From Actinomycetota bacterium (GTDB lineage Bacteria; Actinomycetota; Geothermincolia; Geothermincolales; RBG-13-55-18), in assembly GCA_003598015.1 (NCBI GenBank), contig QZKE01000066.1, forward strand, positions 11,820 through 75,819: a stretch of DNA of 64,000 bases, in the 5' to 3' direction. The translations under genes and the position numbers were made by a program. A model generated the notes under the pieces. It was not told the DNA's origin. It searched no databases and saw nothing but the letters and a program-made list of their open reading frames with translations. Numbering within the stretch: the stretch's first letter is position 1; the number at the start of each line of letters is the position of its first letter. Below, piece by piece: positions 1-9,446 of this stretch.

Positions 1-54
1 GCTGTCTTGACTGTTTAACTTGGGTAAACGCAGTAATTTTCGGGAGACAAGGCA

Positions 55-555
55 TTGTCCGGAGGTTACGCTTTCAGCAAGAAGCTGTTACTATGCATCC
101 TGCTATTCGCTTTCTGGGTGGCGCTCACCGCTACCCTGGCCCTCTACGACCTGGTGCTCGGGGCCATATGCTCGGCTTTCGTTGCGGTGATCACCGTCAG
201 CCTGCTGGGACGCGCTCTCGATCCCCGCATAACCCCCATGGTGCTGCTCAGGCTGCCCGTGTTCATGGTGCGGCTGGTCTGGGAGATAATAAAGGCCAAT
301 TACGATGTGGCCAAGATCATTCTCAACCCCAGGCTGCCCATTGATCCCAGGATTGTGGAATACCGCACCTACCTGGCAGGCGATCTTCCCCGCACGGTCT
401 TTTCGGATTCCATTACCCTCACGCCGGGCACGGTGACGGTGGACCTGGAGGAGGATCTGCTCAAGGTCCACTGCCTCTGCCCCTACCACGAGGAGGGGCT
501 GTCCGGCCTGGAGGAGATGGTGGCGTGGCTGTTCGGGGAGAAGAGACATGGATGA
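55..555 (+). CDS. mnhE: Na+/H+ antiporter subunit E
   Basis: Hydrophobic N-terminus; motif SITLTPGTVTVD...VHCL; first gene of an E-F-G cluster; TTG start after GGAG. Confidence 0.9.
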   Translation: MSGGYAFSKKLLLCILLFAFWVALTATLALYDLVLGAICSAFVAVITVSLLGRALDPRITPMVLLRLPVFMVRLVWEIIKANYDVAKIILNPRLPIDPRIVEYRTYLAGDLPRTVFSDSITLTPGTVTVDLEEDLLKVHCLCPYHEEGLSGLEEMVAWLFGEKRHG

Positions 556-820
556 CTTCCTCACCGTCATCGCCTTGATCATCAGCCTCAACGCGGTGAT
601 CTGCCTCTACCGGGCCGTGATCGGACCGACCACCCAGGACCGCTTGCTGGGCGTGAATATCGTAGGCACCAAGACCCTGGTGGTAGTGATCCTGATCACT
701 TTTATCCAAGCCGAGAGCTTCTTCCTGGACGTGGCCATCGTCTATGCCCTGCTGCTCTTCGTGGTGACCGTCGCCGTCTCGCGCTACCTGGAGGCCGAGG
801 GCTGGGAGGAGATGAAGTAG
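548..820 (+). CDS. mnhF: Na+/H+ antiporter subunit F
   Basis: 90 aa, 3 TM, GPTTQDRLL motif; overlaps mnhE stop. Confidence 0.9.
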   Translation: MDDFLTVIALIISLNAVICLYRAVIGPTTQDRLLGVNIVGTKTLVVVILITFIQAESFFLDVAIVYALLLFVVTVAVSRYLEAEGWEEMK

Positions 821-821
821 T

Positions 822-1151
822 ATGGCTCAGAACATCGTGGCGGGCGTCTTCTGCTGCATCGGCACCTTCTTCTTCCTGCTGGGCACCACGGGGCTGGTGC
901 GCATGCCGGATGTCTTCACGCGGCTTCACCCGTCAACCAAGTGCGACACCCTGGGCGCGTGTTCTGTGATCATCGGCATGGCCGTGTACAGCGGCTGGTC
1001 CTGGGACCTCTTGAAACTCGTCCTCATCGCCTGTTTCGTGCTCCTCTCCAGCGCCACCTGCGGGCATGCCATCGGCCGCTCCGCGCTCAAGAGGGATATC
1101 GCATACTGGAGAAAAGACCGTAAGGAAGTGGAAGATGGGCACGGCGCTTAA
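822..1151 (+). CDS. mnhG: Na+/H+ antiporter subunit G
   Basis: GLVRMPDVFTRLHPSTKCDTLG motif; 3 TM. Confidence 0.9.
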   Translation: MAQNIVAGVFCCIGTFFFLLGTTGLVRMPDVFTRLHPSTKCDTLGACSVIIGMAVYSGWSWDLLKLVLIACFVLLSSATCGHAIGRSALKRDIAYWRKDRKEVEDGHGA

Positions 1152-1386
1152 CCTCACCTTCCTTGTACTCCTCGTGGCCACGGCCCTCCTCGCGGTTTTC
1201 GCGCGTGACCTCCTCGCGGCGGTGATCATCTTCTCCGTGTACAGCCTGATCATGGCCCTGATGTGGCAGCGCCTGCAGGCGCCCGACCTGGCCCTCACCG
1301 AGGCCGCGGTAGGTGCTGGAGTGACCGCGGTCCTCTTCGTCGTGACCATCTTCAAGACGCGTCGCAGGGAGGAGGAAGAGGATTGA
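1135..1386 (+). CDS. DUF4040 / MbhD-like antiporter subunit
   Basis: RDLLAAVI...APDLALTEAAVGAG motif; ATG at 1135 within ORF 1066..1386. Confidence 0.85.
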   Translation: MGTALNLTFLVLLVATALLAVFARDLLAAVIIFSVYSLIMALMWQRLQAPDLALTEAAVGAGVTAVLFVVTIFKTRRREEEED

Positions 1387-2135
1387 AGAGAGTAGTCTCC
1401 CTGCTGTTCATAGCCGCGCTGCTCGCCCTCCTCCTCTACGTGGTGGCCAACATGCCTCCCATGGGCGACCCGGAGAATCCCACCAATTCCAGTGAGGTCA
1501 TCAAGCGCTACCTGAACGAAGCGGAGGAGGAGACGCATTGCGAGAACGTGATCACCGGCATCATCCTCAATTACAGAGGCTACGATACCATGGGGGAGGT
1601 GACGGTCATCTTCTGCGCCCTCGCTGCGGTTCTCGCGGTGCTGGGCAGGGAGAAGCGGGGGAAGATCTACGCCTACGCAGACCGCTCCAGGGTGCCGTCC
1701 TCAGCTATCGTCAGGACCATGGTGGCCTTCCTGGTGCCCTTCATCATCCTCTTCTCCATCTATACCATCCTGCACGGCGAGATCTCACCCGGAGGAGGTT
1801 TCCAGGGAGGAGCCATAGTCGGGGGCAGCATGATCATCTTCACCACCATATTCGGCCTCTACGAGTCATCACAGCGCATCCCGCAGAAATTGCGCGCTCC
1901 CCTGGAGGGTTCCGCCGTGATCACTTTCTTCATCGTAGGCATACTGGGCATGGCGGGAGGTGGGAATTTCCTCACCTATGCCTGGCCCAATATCGCTACG
2001 AACCTGCAGCCCTCCGTGGTGACCTGGCTGACCATCCTGGTGGAGATAGGCATAGGCCTCGGCGGTGCCATGGTGCTCATATCCATCCTCTTCAGCATGA
2101 TCCGGGAGGAGGAAGAGATTGCGGTTGCTCCATAA
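1383..2135 (+). CDS. mnhB: Na+/H+ antiporter subunit B (MbhE/F-like fusion)
   Basis: NVITGIILNYRGYDTMGE and HGEISPGGGFQGG motifs; TTG start overlaps the previous stop. Confidence 0.85.
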   Translation: MKRVVSLLFIAALLALLLYVVANMPPMGDPENPTNSSEVIKRYLNEAEEETHCENVITGIILNYRGYDTMGEVTVIFCALAAVLAVLGREKRGKIYAYADRSRVPSSAIVRTMVAFLVPFIILFSIYTILHGEISPGGGFQGGAIVGGSMIIFTTIFGLYESSQRIPQKLRAPLEGSAVITFFIVGILGMAGGGNFLTYAWPNIATNLQPSVVTWLTILVEIGIGLGGAMVLISILFSMIREEEEIAVAP

Positions 2136-2511
2136 CTACCATTACATTGTGGCCATGCTTCTCTTCTGCATCGGGCTGTATACGGTAATCGTGCGCCGCA
2201 ATATCATCAAGAAACTCATCGGCCTGAACATCATGGAGACATCGGTATTCCTTTTCTATATATCGCTGGGATACCTGGAAGGAGGCATCGCTCCCATACG
2301 TGTCGGTGGAGCGGATCCCTCCCGCATGGTAAACCCCATACCGCAGGCCCTCATCCTCACGGGCATCGTGGTGGCGGTGAGCGTGACCGCCCTGGCCCTT
2401 GCCCTGGTCATCCTCCTCTACCGCCAGTACGGCACCCTGGACGTGGACCGCCTCTTCCGCGACGAGGAAGTGGAGGAGGAAACGGCGGAGGAGAAGGAGG
2501 GCACCGCGTAG
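2119..2511 (+). CDS. mnhC: Na+/H+ antiporter subunit C
   Basis: NIIKKLIGLNIM and NPIPQALILTGIVV motifs. Confidence 0.92.
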   Translation: MRLLHNYHYIVAMLLFCIGLYTVIVRRNIIKKLIGLNIMETSVFLFYISLGYLEGGIAPIRVGGADPSRMVNPIPQALILTGIVVAVSVTALALALVILLYRQYGTLDVDRLFRDEEVEEETAEEKEGTA

Positions 2512-3996
2512 ATGGGCGCCTATCGCCATTTCCCCATCCTCATGATCACCATTCCTTTGTTATGCGCGGTGCTCATGCCCTTCCTGGGCTACCTGAGGCA
2601 GAAGTGGGTGGCCTGGGCGGCCCTGATCCCGCTGGCCTCCTCCACCATCCTGGGCTTCCTGCTCATCGGCAAAGTCCCACCCGACGGGTATATCAGCTAT
2701 CATCTGGGCAACTGGGCGCCTCCCTGGGGGATAGAGGTACGCGTGGATTTCATGGGGCTCTTCCTCATGCTGGTGGTATGCTGTATCAGCTTCCTGGCCC
2801 TCGTCTTCTCCCGGCGCTATATAGAGAGGGAGGTCTCCGGGGGGCGCCTGACCGCCTACTACGTGCTCTTCCTGCTCATGTCCGGGGCTATGCTCGGTTT
2901 CGTGGCCACCGGGGATATCTTCAACCTCTTCGTGTTCATGGAGATCCTGGCGCTGTCCTCCTACGCGCTGGTGGCTATCACCGGAAACCGCAACGCCGTG
3001 CGCGCCGCCTTCAAGTACGTACTCATGGGCGCACCTTCCTCTATTATGGTGCTGCTGGCCATCGGGTTTCTCTACTCAGCCACCGGGACATTGAACATGG
3101 CCGACCTCGCGGGACGTATAGCGGAGTCGGGCTACAGCGAGGTGCTTATCGTATCCTTTATCCTCTTCGTCATCGGATTCGGAGTGAAGGCGGCCCTCTT
3201 TCCCCTGCATATGTGGCTTCCGGATGCCCATTCCATCGCGCCCTCACCCATAAGCGCGCTCCTCTCCGGCCTGCTGGTGGAGGTGGGCGCCTTCGCCATC
3301 CTGAGGATAACCTTTTCCGTCTTCACCACGTCCGCGGATAATCTCATGGCGGGAACCCTGGATGCCGTAAGCATATTTGCGGCCGCGGCGGTGCTTTACG
3401 GGGGGATCATGGCCATCATGCAGAAGGACCTAAAGATGATGATCGCCTATTCGACCGTCAGCCATATCGGCTATATCTTCCTGGGTATAACGGCGTTTAC
3501 CAGGGAGGGCCTGGCGGGCGCCATGTACCACATGCTCGACCATGGTCTGGCCAAGGCCTGCCTCTTCCTCTGCGCGGGGTGCTTCATCTACATGAAGGGA
3601 TACCGGCGCATAGACGAGCTCAAGGGAGCCTGGCGCCAGATGCCCTGGACCTGCTTCGCTTTCGCCCTGGCCTCCATATCCGTTATCGGCATCCCTCCCA
3701 CAGCCGGTTTTATCAGCAAGTTCTACCTCATCTACGGGAACTTCACCTCGCAGAGGTGGCCCTACGCGCTGGTGCTCCTGGTAGGGGCGATACTGGCTGC
3801 GGTATACTGCTTCCGTGTGATCTATTACATGTTCTTCCAGCCTGGGAAGGAGGGGGCCTGGGAGGAGAACACCAGGGACGCCGCTCCCTCCATGCTAACG
3901 CCCATCTGGATCCTCTCCCTGGGCACGCTTTTCTTCGGGGTGTTCTCGGGTCTTATAATCGATTCGCTGCTCAAGGCGGCGCAGTATCTGTTGTGA
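2512..3996 (+). CDS. mnhD: Na+/H+ antiporter subunit D (first D-like subunit)
   Basis: GNWAPPWGIE, DIFNLFVFMEI, KAALFPLHMWLPDAHS, AYSTVSHIGY motifs. Confidence 0.9.
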   Translation: MGAYRHFPILMITIPLLCAVLMPFLGYLRQKWVAWAALIPLASSTILGFLLIGKVPPDGYISYHLGNWAPPWGIEVRVDFMGLFLMLVVCCISFLALVFSRRYIEREVSGGRLTAYYVLFLLMSGAMLGFVATGDIFNLFVFMEILALSSYALVAITGNRNAVRAAFKYVLMGAPSSIMVLLAIGFLYSATGTLNMADLAGRIAESGYSEVLIVSFILFVIGFGVKAALFPLHMWLPDAHSIAPSPISALLSGLLVEVGAFAILRITFSVFTTSADNLMAGTLDAVSIFAAAAVLYGGIMAIMQKDLKMMIAYSTVSHIGYIFLGITAFTREGLAGAMYHMLDHGLAKACLFLCAGCFIYMKGYRRIDELKGAWRQMPWTCFAFALASISVIGIPPTAGFISKFYLIYGNFTSQRWPYALVLLVGAILAAVYCFRVIYYMFFQPGKEGAWEENTRDAAPSMLTPIWILSLGTLFFGVFSGLIIDSLLKAAQYLL

Positions 3997-4111
3997 AACG
4001 AAGGGGGTAGTCGATGCCACGGGACAGCACATCGCCCTTCTCGGGTCTTATAATCGATTCGCTGCTCAAGGCGGCGCAGTATCTGTTGTGAAACGAAGGG
4101 GGTAGTCGATG
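3943..4111 (+). repeat. 74-bp exact direct repeat, period 95 bp (3943-4016 and 4038-4111), covering the mnhD end, stop, RBS and ATG
   Basis: ttctcgggtcttataatcgattcgctgctcaaggcggcgcagtatctgttgtgaaacgaagggggtagtcgatg occurs twice. Confidence 0.95.
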
Positions 4112-5920
4112 TCGGATAACAGCACATTCTCCGTAATACCGCTTATAGCGATGCTGCTTCCCTGGGTGTCGCTGGTGGTGATCGTGGCCATGCCCAAGAA
4201 GGCGAAGCAGCTGCGATTATGGCTGTGCTTCCTGGGGACGGTGGCCACCTTCGGGGTGGTACTGTCCCTGTTGCCGGGCATCCTGGACGGCAATACCTAT
4301 ACCATCAAGCTGGCCAGCGTGGTACAGGGGCTGGAGATGCGCCTCAGCGTGGATACGCTGGGCTATTATTTCTCGCTCATCCTGTCCTTTATCTGGATGC
4401 TGACCACCCTCTACTCTATCTCCTATATCGACCATAAAGAGAACCGCTTTTTCGCCTTCATGGCCTTGTGCGAGTCTTTCCTGCTGGGTTGCGCGTTCTC
4501 CGCCAACATGTTCACTTACTTCATCTTCTACGAGATGATGACCTTCGGATCCTACCCCCTGATTATCCACGAGGAGACGGCCATGGCGCGCCGGGCCGGT
4601 TACAAGTACCTCGTGTACGCCATCGCGGCCGGCACTGTCCTCTTCTTCGCCATCATCGCTCATTATTTCTGGGGGGATGGCCAGCTGGGATTCGGGCAGT
4701 ACGGCGTTTTGAGCCTGGAGTTCGCGGGACGTGCCGCTCTGACCACCATCTTCTTCGCCTACCTGGCCGGATTCGGGGTGAAGGCGGCCATCATGCCCCT
4801 GCACGGGTGGGTGCCCGACGCCCATCCGGCGGCGCCCTCCCCGGCCAGCGCGCTGCTCTCCGGGGTTATCCTGAAGGCGGGTGCCTTCGGCATCGTCCGC
4901 GTGGTCTTCAACGTCTTCGGGGTGGAGCTCATGCGGGAGCTGAACGTGTTCATCGTCATGGCCGTTCTGGCCTGCATCACCATCGTGGTGGCCTCCGTCT
5001 TCGCCCTCACCCAGGACAACCTGAAACGCCGGCTGGCCTACTCGAGCATCGGGCAGGTCTCCTATATCATCCTGGGGCTGGCCATGCTGGCCCAGGATGG
5101 CGCCCTGGGCGGCGTCATGCACATCACCCACCATGCCCTGATGAAGGGCTGCCTCTTCCTCTGCGCCGGGGTGATCCTGGTAAAGACCGGCAAAAAGAAC
5201 ATCAGCGAGATGAAGGGGGTTGGATACAAACTACCGATAACCATGATCTGCTTCTCCATCTGCGCCCTGGCCATGATGGGGACGCCGCCGTCGGTGGGAT
5301 TCATCACCAAGTGGCTGTTGGGCAGCGGCTCCCTGGAGGCGGGATTACCCGTCTATATCGTAGTGCTGCTGGTGAGCGCCCTGCTCAACGCGGCCTATTT
5401 CCTGCCCATTATCTATATCGCGTTCTTCCGCTGGGAGGGCGACGATGAGGAGGGGCACGGGGATACCCACCGTCCCAAGCTGGTGTTCGGCAAGGAGGCG
5501 GACCACAAGCTGGTGGTACCCCTGGTCATCCTGTCAGCCCTGGTGATCATCGTAGGTATATGGGTGACCGTCCCCGGCTTTCCGTATTCACTGGTCAACC
5601 CCGCCGTTGAGGATATCTACGGCAGCAATGTCTCGGGTCATGTCTACGAAGACGAGAACGGAAACGGTATCTACGACGATGACGATCCGGGCGTGGCGGG
5701 AGTGACGGTCCAGCTGAGCCTGGATGGAGAGGTAGTGGCGAGCACCGATAGCGATGAGACGGGCTTGTACGAATTCGAGAAGATCGAGGAGGGAACGTAC
5801 GATATCGAGGTTATCACCGGGGCGGGGATGTCCGCCGTCGGCTCCACGCTGATCAGGGGGGTGAAGGTGACGTCCAACGAGGACGTAATCGTGGAAAGGC
5901 CCTTCCTGGTCAGTCCCTGA
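4109..5920 (+). CDS. MrpD/NuoL-like proton-conducting subunit with C-terminal SdrD-B/Cna-B-like domain
   Basis: KAAIMPLHGWVPDAHPAAPSP and NLKRRLAYSS motifs; soluble C-terminus SGHVYEDENGNGIYD...GVAGVTVQL...TDSDETGLYEF...GTYDIEV. Confidence 0.85.
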   Translation: MSDNSTFSVIPLIAMLLPWVSLVVIVAMPKKAKQLRLWLCFLGTVATFGVVLSLLPGILDGNTYTIKLASVVQGLEMRLSVDTLGYYFSLILSFIWMLTTLYSISYIDHKENRFFAFMALCESFLLGCAFSANMFTYFIFYEMMTFGSYPLIIHEETAMARRAGYKYLVYAIAAGTVLFFAIIAHYFWGDGQLGFGQYGVLSLEFAGRAALTTIFFAYLAGFGVKAAIMPLHGWVPDAHPAAPSPASALLSGVILKAGAFGIVRVVFNVFGVELMRELNVFIVMAVLACITIVVASVFALTQDNLKRRLAYSSIGQVSYIILGLAMLAQDGALGGVMHITHHALMKGCLFLCAGVILVKTGKKNISEMKGVGYKLPITMICFSICALAMMGTPPSVGFITKWLLGSGSLEAGLPVYIVVLLVSALLNAAYFLPIIYIAFFRWEGDDEEGHGDTHRPKLVFGKEADHKLVVPLVILSALVIIVGIWVTVPGFPYSLVNPAVEDIYGSNVSGHVYEDENGNGIYDDDDPGVAGVTVQLSLDGEVVASTDSDETGLYEFEKIEEGTYDIEVITGAGMSAVGSTLIRGVKVTSNEDVIVERPFLVSP

Positions 5921-5937
5921 CACGATGAGGTAGAGGG

Positions 5938-8085
5938 TTGCACGAGACGAAGGTAGCGATATTCGCATACTCCATCCTGCCCATCCTCGCCATGGCGCTG
6001 CCCGTGGCGGGAGCACTGCTGGCTGCGGTAGCGGGGGAGAAGCGGGCGCGCTTGCGCAACTGGGCCGCGGTGGTCGCCACCGGGGCGACGCTGCTCATGG
6101 CGGTGCTCATACTGGTGAAGGTGCTATCCGTCGGCGCGGTCTATTTCAACCTGGATATCATGCGCATCGGCACCAGCTACGTGTGCAACCTGGAGGTCGA
6201 CGCCATCGGGGCGTTCTTCGTCTTCTTCACGGCGATCCTGTGGTTCGCCGCTTCCCTGCACGCTTTTCGCTACATGGATCACGAACATAAGCGCACGCGC
6301 TTCTTCTTCTTCATGCTCCTCACCGAGACCGCCACCCTGGGGGTGTTCATGGTCCAGGACTACTTCAGCCTCTACCTGTTCTTCGAGGCCATGGGGCTGC
6401 TGGCCTATGTCCTGGTTATCCACTCCGAAACGGACAAGGCTCGCTCTGCGGCCGCCAAGTACATATGCATGACCGTGGTCGGAGGCCTGAGCCTCATCGG
6501 GGGCATCTTCCTCTACCTGGGCGCCGCGGGCACGATCGCTTTCAAACCCCTGGCCGATAGTGCCTGGCTCACGGGTTCCTTCAAAGTTGTGGCCCTGATC
6601 TGCCTCATCGCAGGCTTCGGCGTGAAAGCGGGCATGGTGCCCCTGCATATCTGGCTCCCCGACGCTCATCCCGCCGCGCCCTCCCCCGCAAGTGCCCTCC
6701 TCTCCGGGGTGATGATCAAGGCGGGCGCATACGGAATCCTGAGAACCGCGCTCACCTTCTTCCAGCAGCCGCCGGTCCATGCCGCGGAAGCCGAGGTAGT
6801 CAGCGGCGCTCACGCCGCGGAGGGGGCGGTGCACGCCGCGTCCGGAATCGCGGGCGACGTGCGCATGCTGGGATTTGCCATAATATGGATGGCAGTGGCC
6901 ACCATGTTCATCGGCATGTTGCTGGCCCTGGTGCAGAACGATATCAAGCGCACCCTGGCCTATTCGAGCGTCAGCCAGATGGGGTATATCCTCTTCGGCG
7001 TCGGGTGCATGACTTACCTGGGGGCGGAAGGGGCCATGGGCATGGGCGGCAGCCTCTACCACATCATCAACCACGCTTTCTTCAAGGGATGTTTCTTCCT
7101 CGCCGCGGGCTCCATTCTCTTCTGCGCCCACGAACTGGATATGTACAAACTGGGTGGCCTGTGGAGACGTATGCCCCTGACCACCATATTCTGGTGCATC
7201 GCTGCGCTGGGCATCATGGGTATCCCTTTCCTGAACGGCTTCGTGTCTAAGACCCTCCTGCATCATGCCATCGTCGAATCGCACGAGTTCGCCGTGGGGG
7301 CCAACCTGGCCACGGCCGGATGGGTGAAGATGGCAGAGATCATGTTCATCATAACCAGTGGCGGCACCATCGGATATATCACCAAGATGACCTACTACAC
7401 GTTCTTCCGCGGGCCGGACCGGGAGCACGCGCATCATATCGAGCACGTAAAGGAAGCGCCCGCGTGGATGCTCGCAGGCACCGGACTACTGGCCGCCGGG
7501 GTTTTGTTCAATGGCCTTTTCCCCGGCGTGCTCCTGAGCAAGCTTATCGGCCCGACGGTGCAGACGGTGCCGGGCTTCGATCCCCATATGGCTGCCCACG
7601 TAGCGGAGGTCCCCATATTCATTTGGGGGAACTTCAAGGAGATCCTCGTCCCCCTGGCCATCGGTATCTCCGTCTTTGTCCTGGGGGCCTGGCCCGACCT
7701 TTTCGGAAGAAGGCGGCGGGGTCCGGATATCTTCCATATCCGGCTCCCGCGCTGGCTGGGGGTGGACTACTGGTACGTGCGGGGAGCCAGAGACTCGCTG
7801 GCGATACTCTTTGCCGGGCAGAGGACCTATGGGCCCATCAAAATGCGCGTTATATCCATGCTGAAACAGGGGGCGTACGGGACGGTTCACACGGTCCGGG
7901 ATGTGATCTACCCGGCGCTCACGGAGAAGCCCTACGAGCGGGTCAAGGAAGGTGTGATCAGGCTGGCCGGGGATACTCGCCGCAGGCTGTTGCCCAGGAT
8001 AAGAGAGTACCAGGGAGATCTCGCCGTCGGAGCCCTGGTTATCGCGGTATCACTCACCATCTTCCTTATCATGAGGTTGCTGTGA
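5938..8085 (+). CDS. MrpD/NuoL/HyfB-like proton-conducting subunit with C-terminal extension
   Basis: KAGMVPLHIWLPDAHPAAPSP, DIKRTLAYSSVSQMGY, NHAFFKGCFF motifs; start uncertain. Confidence 0.85.
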   Translation: MHETKVAIFAYSILPILAMALPVAGALLAAVAGEKRARLRNWAAVVATGATLLMAVLILVKVLSVGAVYFNLDIMRIGTSYVCNLEVDAIGAFFVFFTAILWFAASLHAFRYMDHEHKRTRFFFFMLLTETATLGVFMVQDYFSLYLFFEAMGLLAYVLVIHSETDKARSAAAKYICMTVVGGLSLIGGIFLYLGAAGTIAFKPLADSAWLTGSFKVVALICLIAGFGVKAGMVPLHIWLPDAHPAAPSPASALLSGVMIKAGAYGILRTALTFFQQPPVHAAEAEVVSGAHAAEGAVHAASGIAGDVRMLGFAIIWMAVATMFIGMLLALVQNDIKRTLAYSSVSQMGYILFGVGCMTYLGAEGAMGMGGSLYHIINHAFFKGCFFLAAGSILFCAHELDMYKLGGLWRRMPLTTIFWCIAALGIMGIPFLNGFVSKTLLHHAIVESHEFAVGANLATAGWVKMAEIMFIITSGGTIGYITKMTYYTFFRGPDREHAHHIEHVKEAPAWMLAGTGLLAAGVLFNGLFPGVLLSKLIGPTVQTVPGFDPHMAAHVAEVPIFIWGNFKEILVPLAIGISVFVLGAWPDLFGRRRRGPDIFHIRLPRWLGVDYWYVRGARDSLAILFAGQRTYGPIKMRVISMLKQGAYGTVHTVRDVIYPALTEKPYERVKEGVIRLAGDTRRRLLPRIREYQGDLAVGALVIAVSLTIFLIMRLL

Positions 8086-8134
8086 GCGTATGAAGAATGA
8101 ATATGTTGAGGTATAGCTTCCATTAACCGGGAGA

Positions 8135-8590
8135 ATGTATGAGACGAATCGGGAGTACGGATACGGGATGATGATACGGTTTGCTTTGCTGGTGGCCGAG
8201 TCCGGTGTGAGCAGGGACTTCTTCGCGGTCCTGGTAGCGGGGCTGGCCGGAATCGCGGTCCTCTTCTACGCCGCCGCTTCGGATCTCTTCGATCTCAAGC
8301 TCTTCAAGTTCGATCCCTACGCCTTCAGGCTCCCCAGGGAAGCCCGTGTCGAATACTGGTACACTAGGGCGGCGAAGAGGTTCGAGTCTTTCCTGGCCGA
8401 TGGAGGCTGGAGCTACGCCAAGGCAAAAAAACAGGCAAGGGTGAGGGTGAAAAGGGACTGGCGCAGAATGCGCAAAGAAACGCGCAGGATGTTGCCGGAA
8501 GCCGTCAAGCGGCTTAACCGCGATGTCGCGCTGGGCGCGCTGGCGATAGCCATCGTCCTGGTGGCCCTGTTGATCATAAGCCTGGTATAG
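8135..8590 (+). CDS. Membrane protein resembling the C-terminal region of the preceding antiporter subunit
   Basis: FRLPREARVEYWYTR vs IRLPRWLGVDYWYVR; DVALGALAIAIVL vs DLAVGALVIAVSL. Confidence 0.7.
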   Translation: MYETNREYGYGMMIRFALLVAESGVSRDFFAVLVAGLAGIAVLFYAAASDLFDLKLFKFDPYAFRLPREARVEYWYTRAAKRFESFLADGGWSYAKAKKQARVRVKRDWRRMRKETRRMLPEAVKRLNRDVALGALAIAIVLVALLIISLV

Positions 8591-8648
8591 GAAGGAAACA
8601 TGCGGACTCGCCCGGGCGGGCAGAGTCTGCTACCGGAGACAGGGGGAG

Positions 8649-8888
8649 ATGATGAAGAAAGCGATTCCTCTTTTGGTAGTCGGCGTGGCCGTGCTATTGT
8701 TATTTGGAAGTCTCGCCCCGGCTCTGGCCCAGGAGGAGGGCGATACGGAGGACGGAGGCGGTAGCAGCCTTCGCCTTATCGTCATCATCGCGGCCATATG
8801 GTTGGTGATCATAGCGGCCGTGATCACGGTGGTCATAATGACGAGGAAGAAATCCGGAGAAGATGAGAGGGAAAGCCGCGAGGGTTAG
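8649..8888 (+). CDS. Small exported, membrane-anchored protein
   Basis: GGGGAG RBS; signal peptide ending ALA-QEE; second TM followed by RKK. Confidence 0.65.
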   Translation: MMKKAIPLLVVGVAVLLLFGSLAPALAQEEGDTEDGGGSSLRLIVIIAAIWLVIIAAVITVVIMTRKKSGEDERESREG

Positions 8889-8983
8889 CCGCCGTCCCGC
8901 AGAACGGGAGCCCTCGTTGTGCCCACCCGATCGCGCGGTGGAAAACGGAAAACGGAACGATTGGAAAGGAATGGTGATATCGC

Positions 8984-9433
8984 ATGGATGAAAGGCTGTA
9001 CACCGCTTCCCGCTGGCTTACTGCCCTGGCCATTATCCTGGTACCCTTATCGGTCATCGCCGTCGTCTCCGGCGCATGGGGCCTGAACTACCAGTTCGAC
9101 ACCGCGCAATGGACACGTTACCTGCTTTTCGCGTCCTGGATTCTGCTGGCCCTTTCGGTTATCGCGGGCATTGCCAACCTCATCAGCCCACCCGAGGTAA
9201 CGCTGGAAAAGCCGGTGGCGCCGGCACGCATGGAGGCCGCAGGCGAGACGGAAGGAGATGAGGAGGAGACCGCAAAAAGTGCCCCCCAGGCGGATAAACC
9301 CCCCTTCAATGTCGGCTATGCTTTCCTGCTGGCACAGGCATGTACCCTGGCGTTGGGGGTTGTCCTCTACGTTGCCTACATCTCCTGGATGATCCTGGGA
9401 CTGCAATCCTATCCGGCCCTGACCGGCCTGTAA
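8984..9433 (+). CDS. Hypothetical membrane protein (3 TM)
   Basis: Three hydrophobic segments; co-oriented with the operon. Confidence 0.65.
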   Translation: MDERLYTASRWLTALAIILVPLSVIAVVSGAWGLNYQFDTAQWTRYLLFASWILLALSVIAGIANLISPPEVTLEKPVAPARMEAAGETEGDEEETAKSAPQADKPPFNVGYAFLLAQACTLALGVVLYVAYISWMILGLQSYPALTGL

Positions 9434-9446
9434 GAGCGAACGGAAG

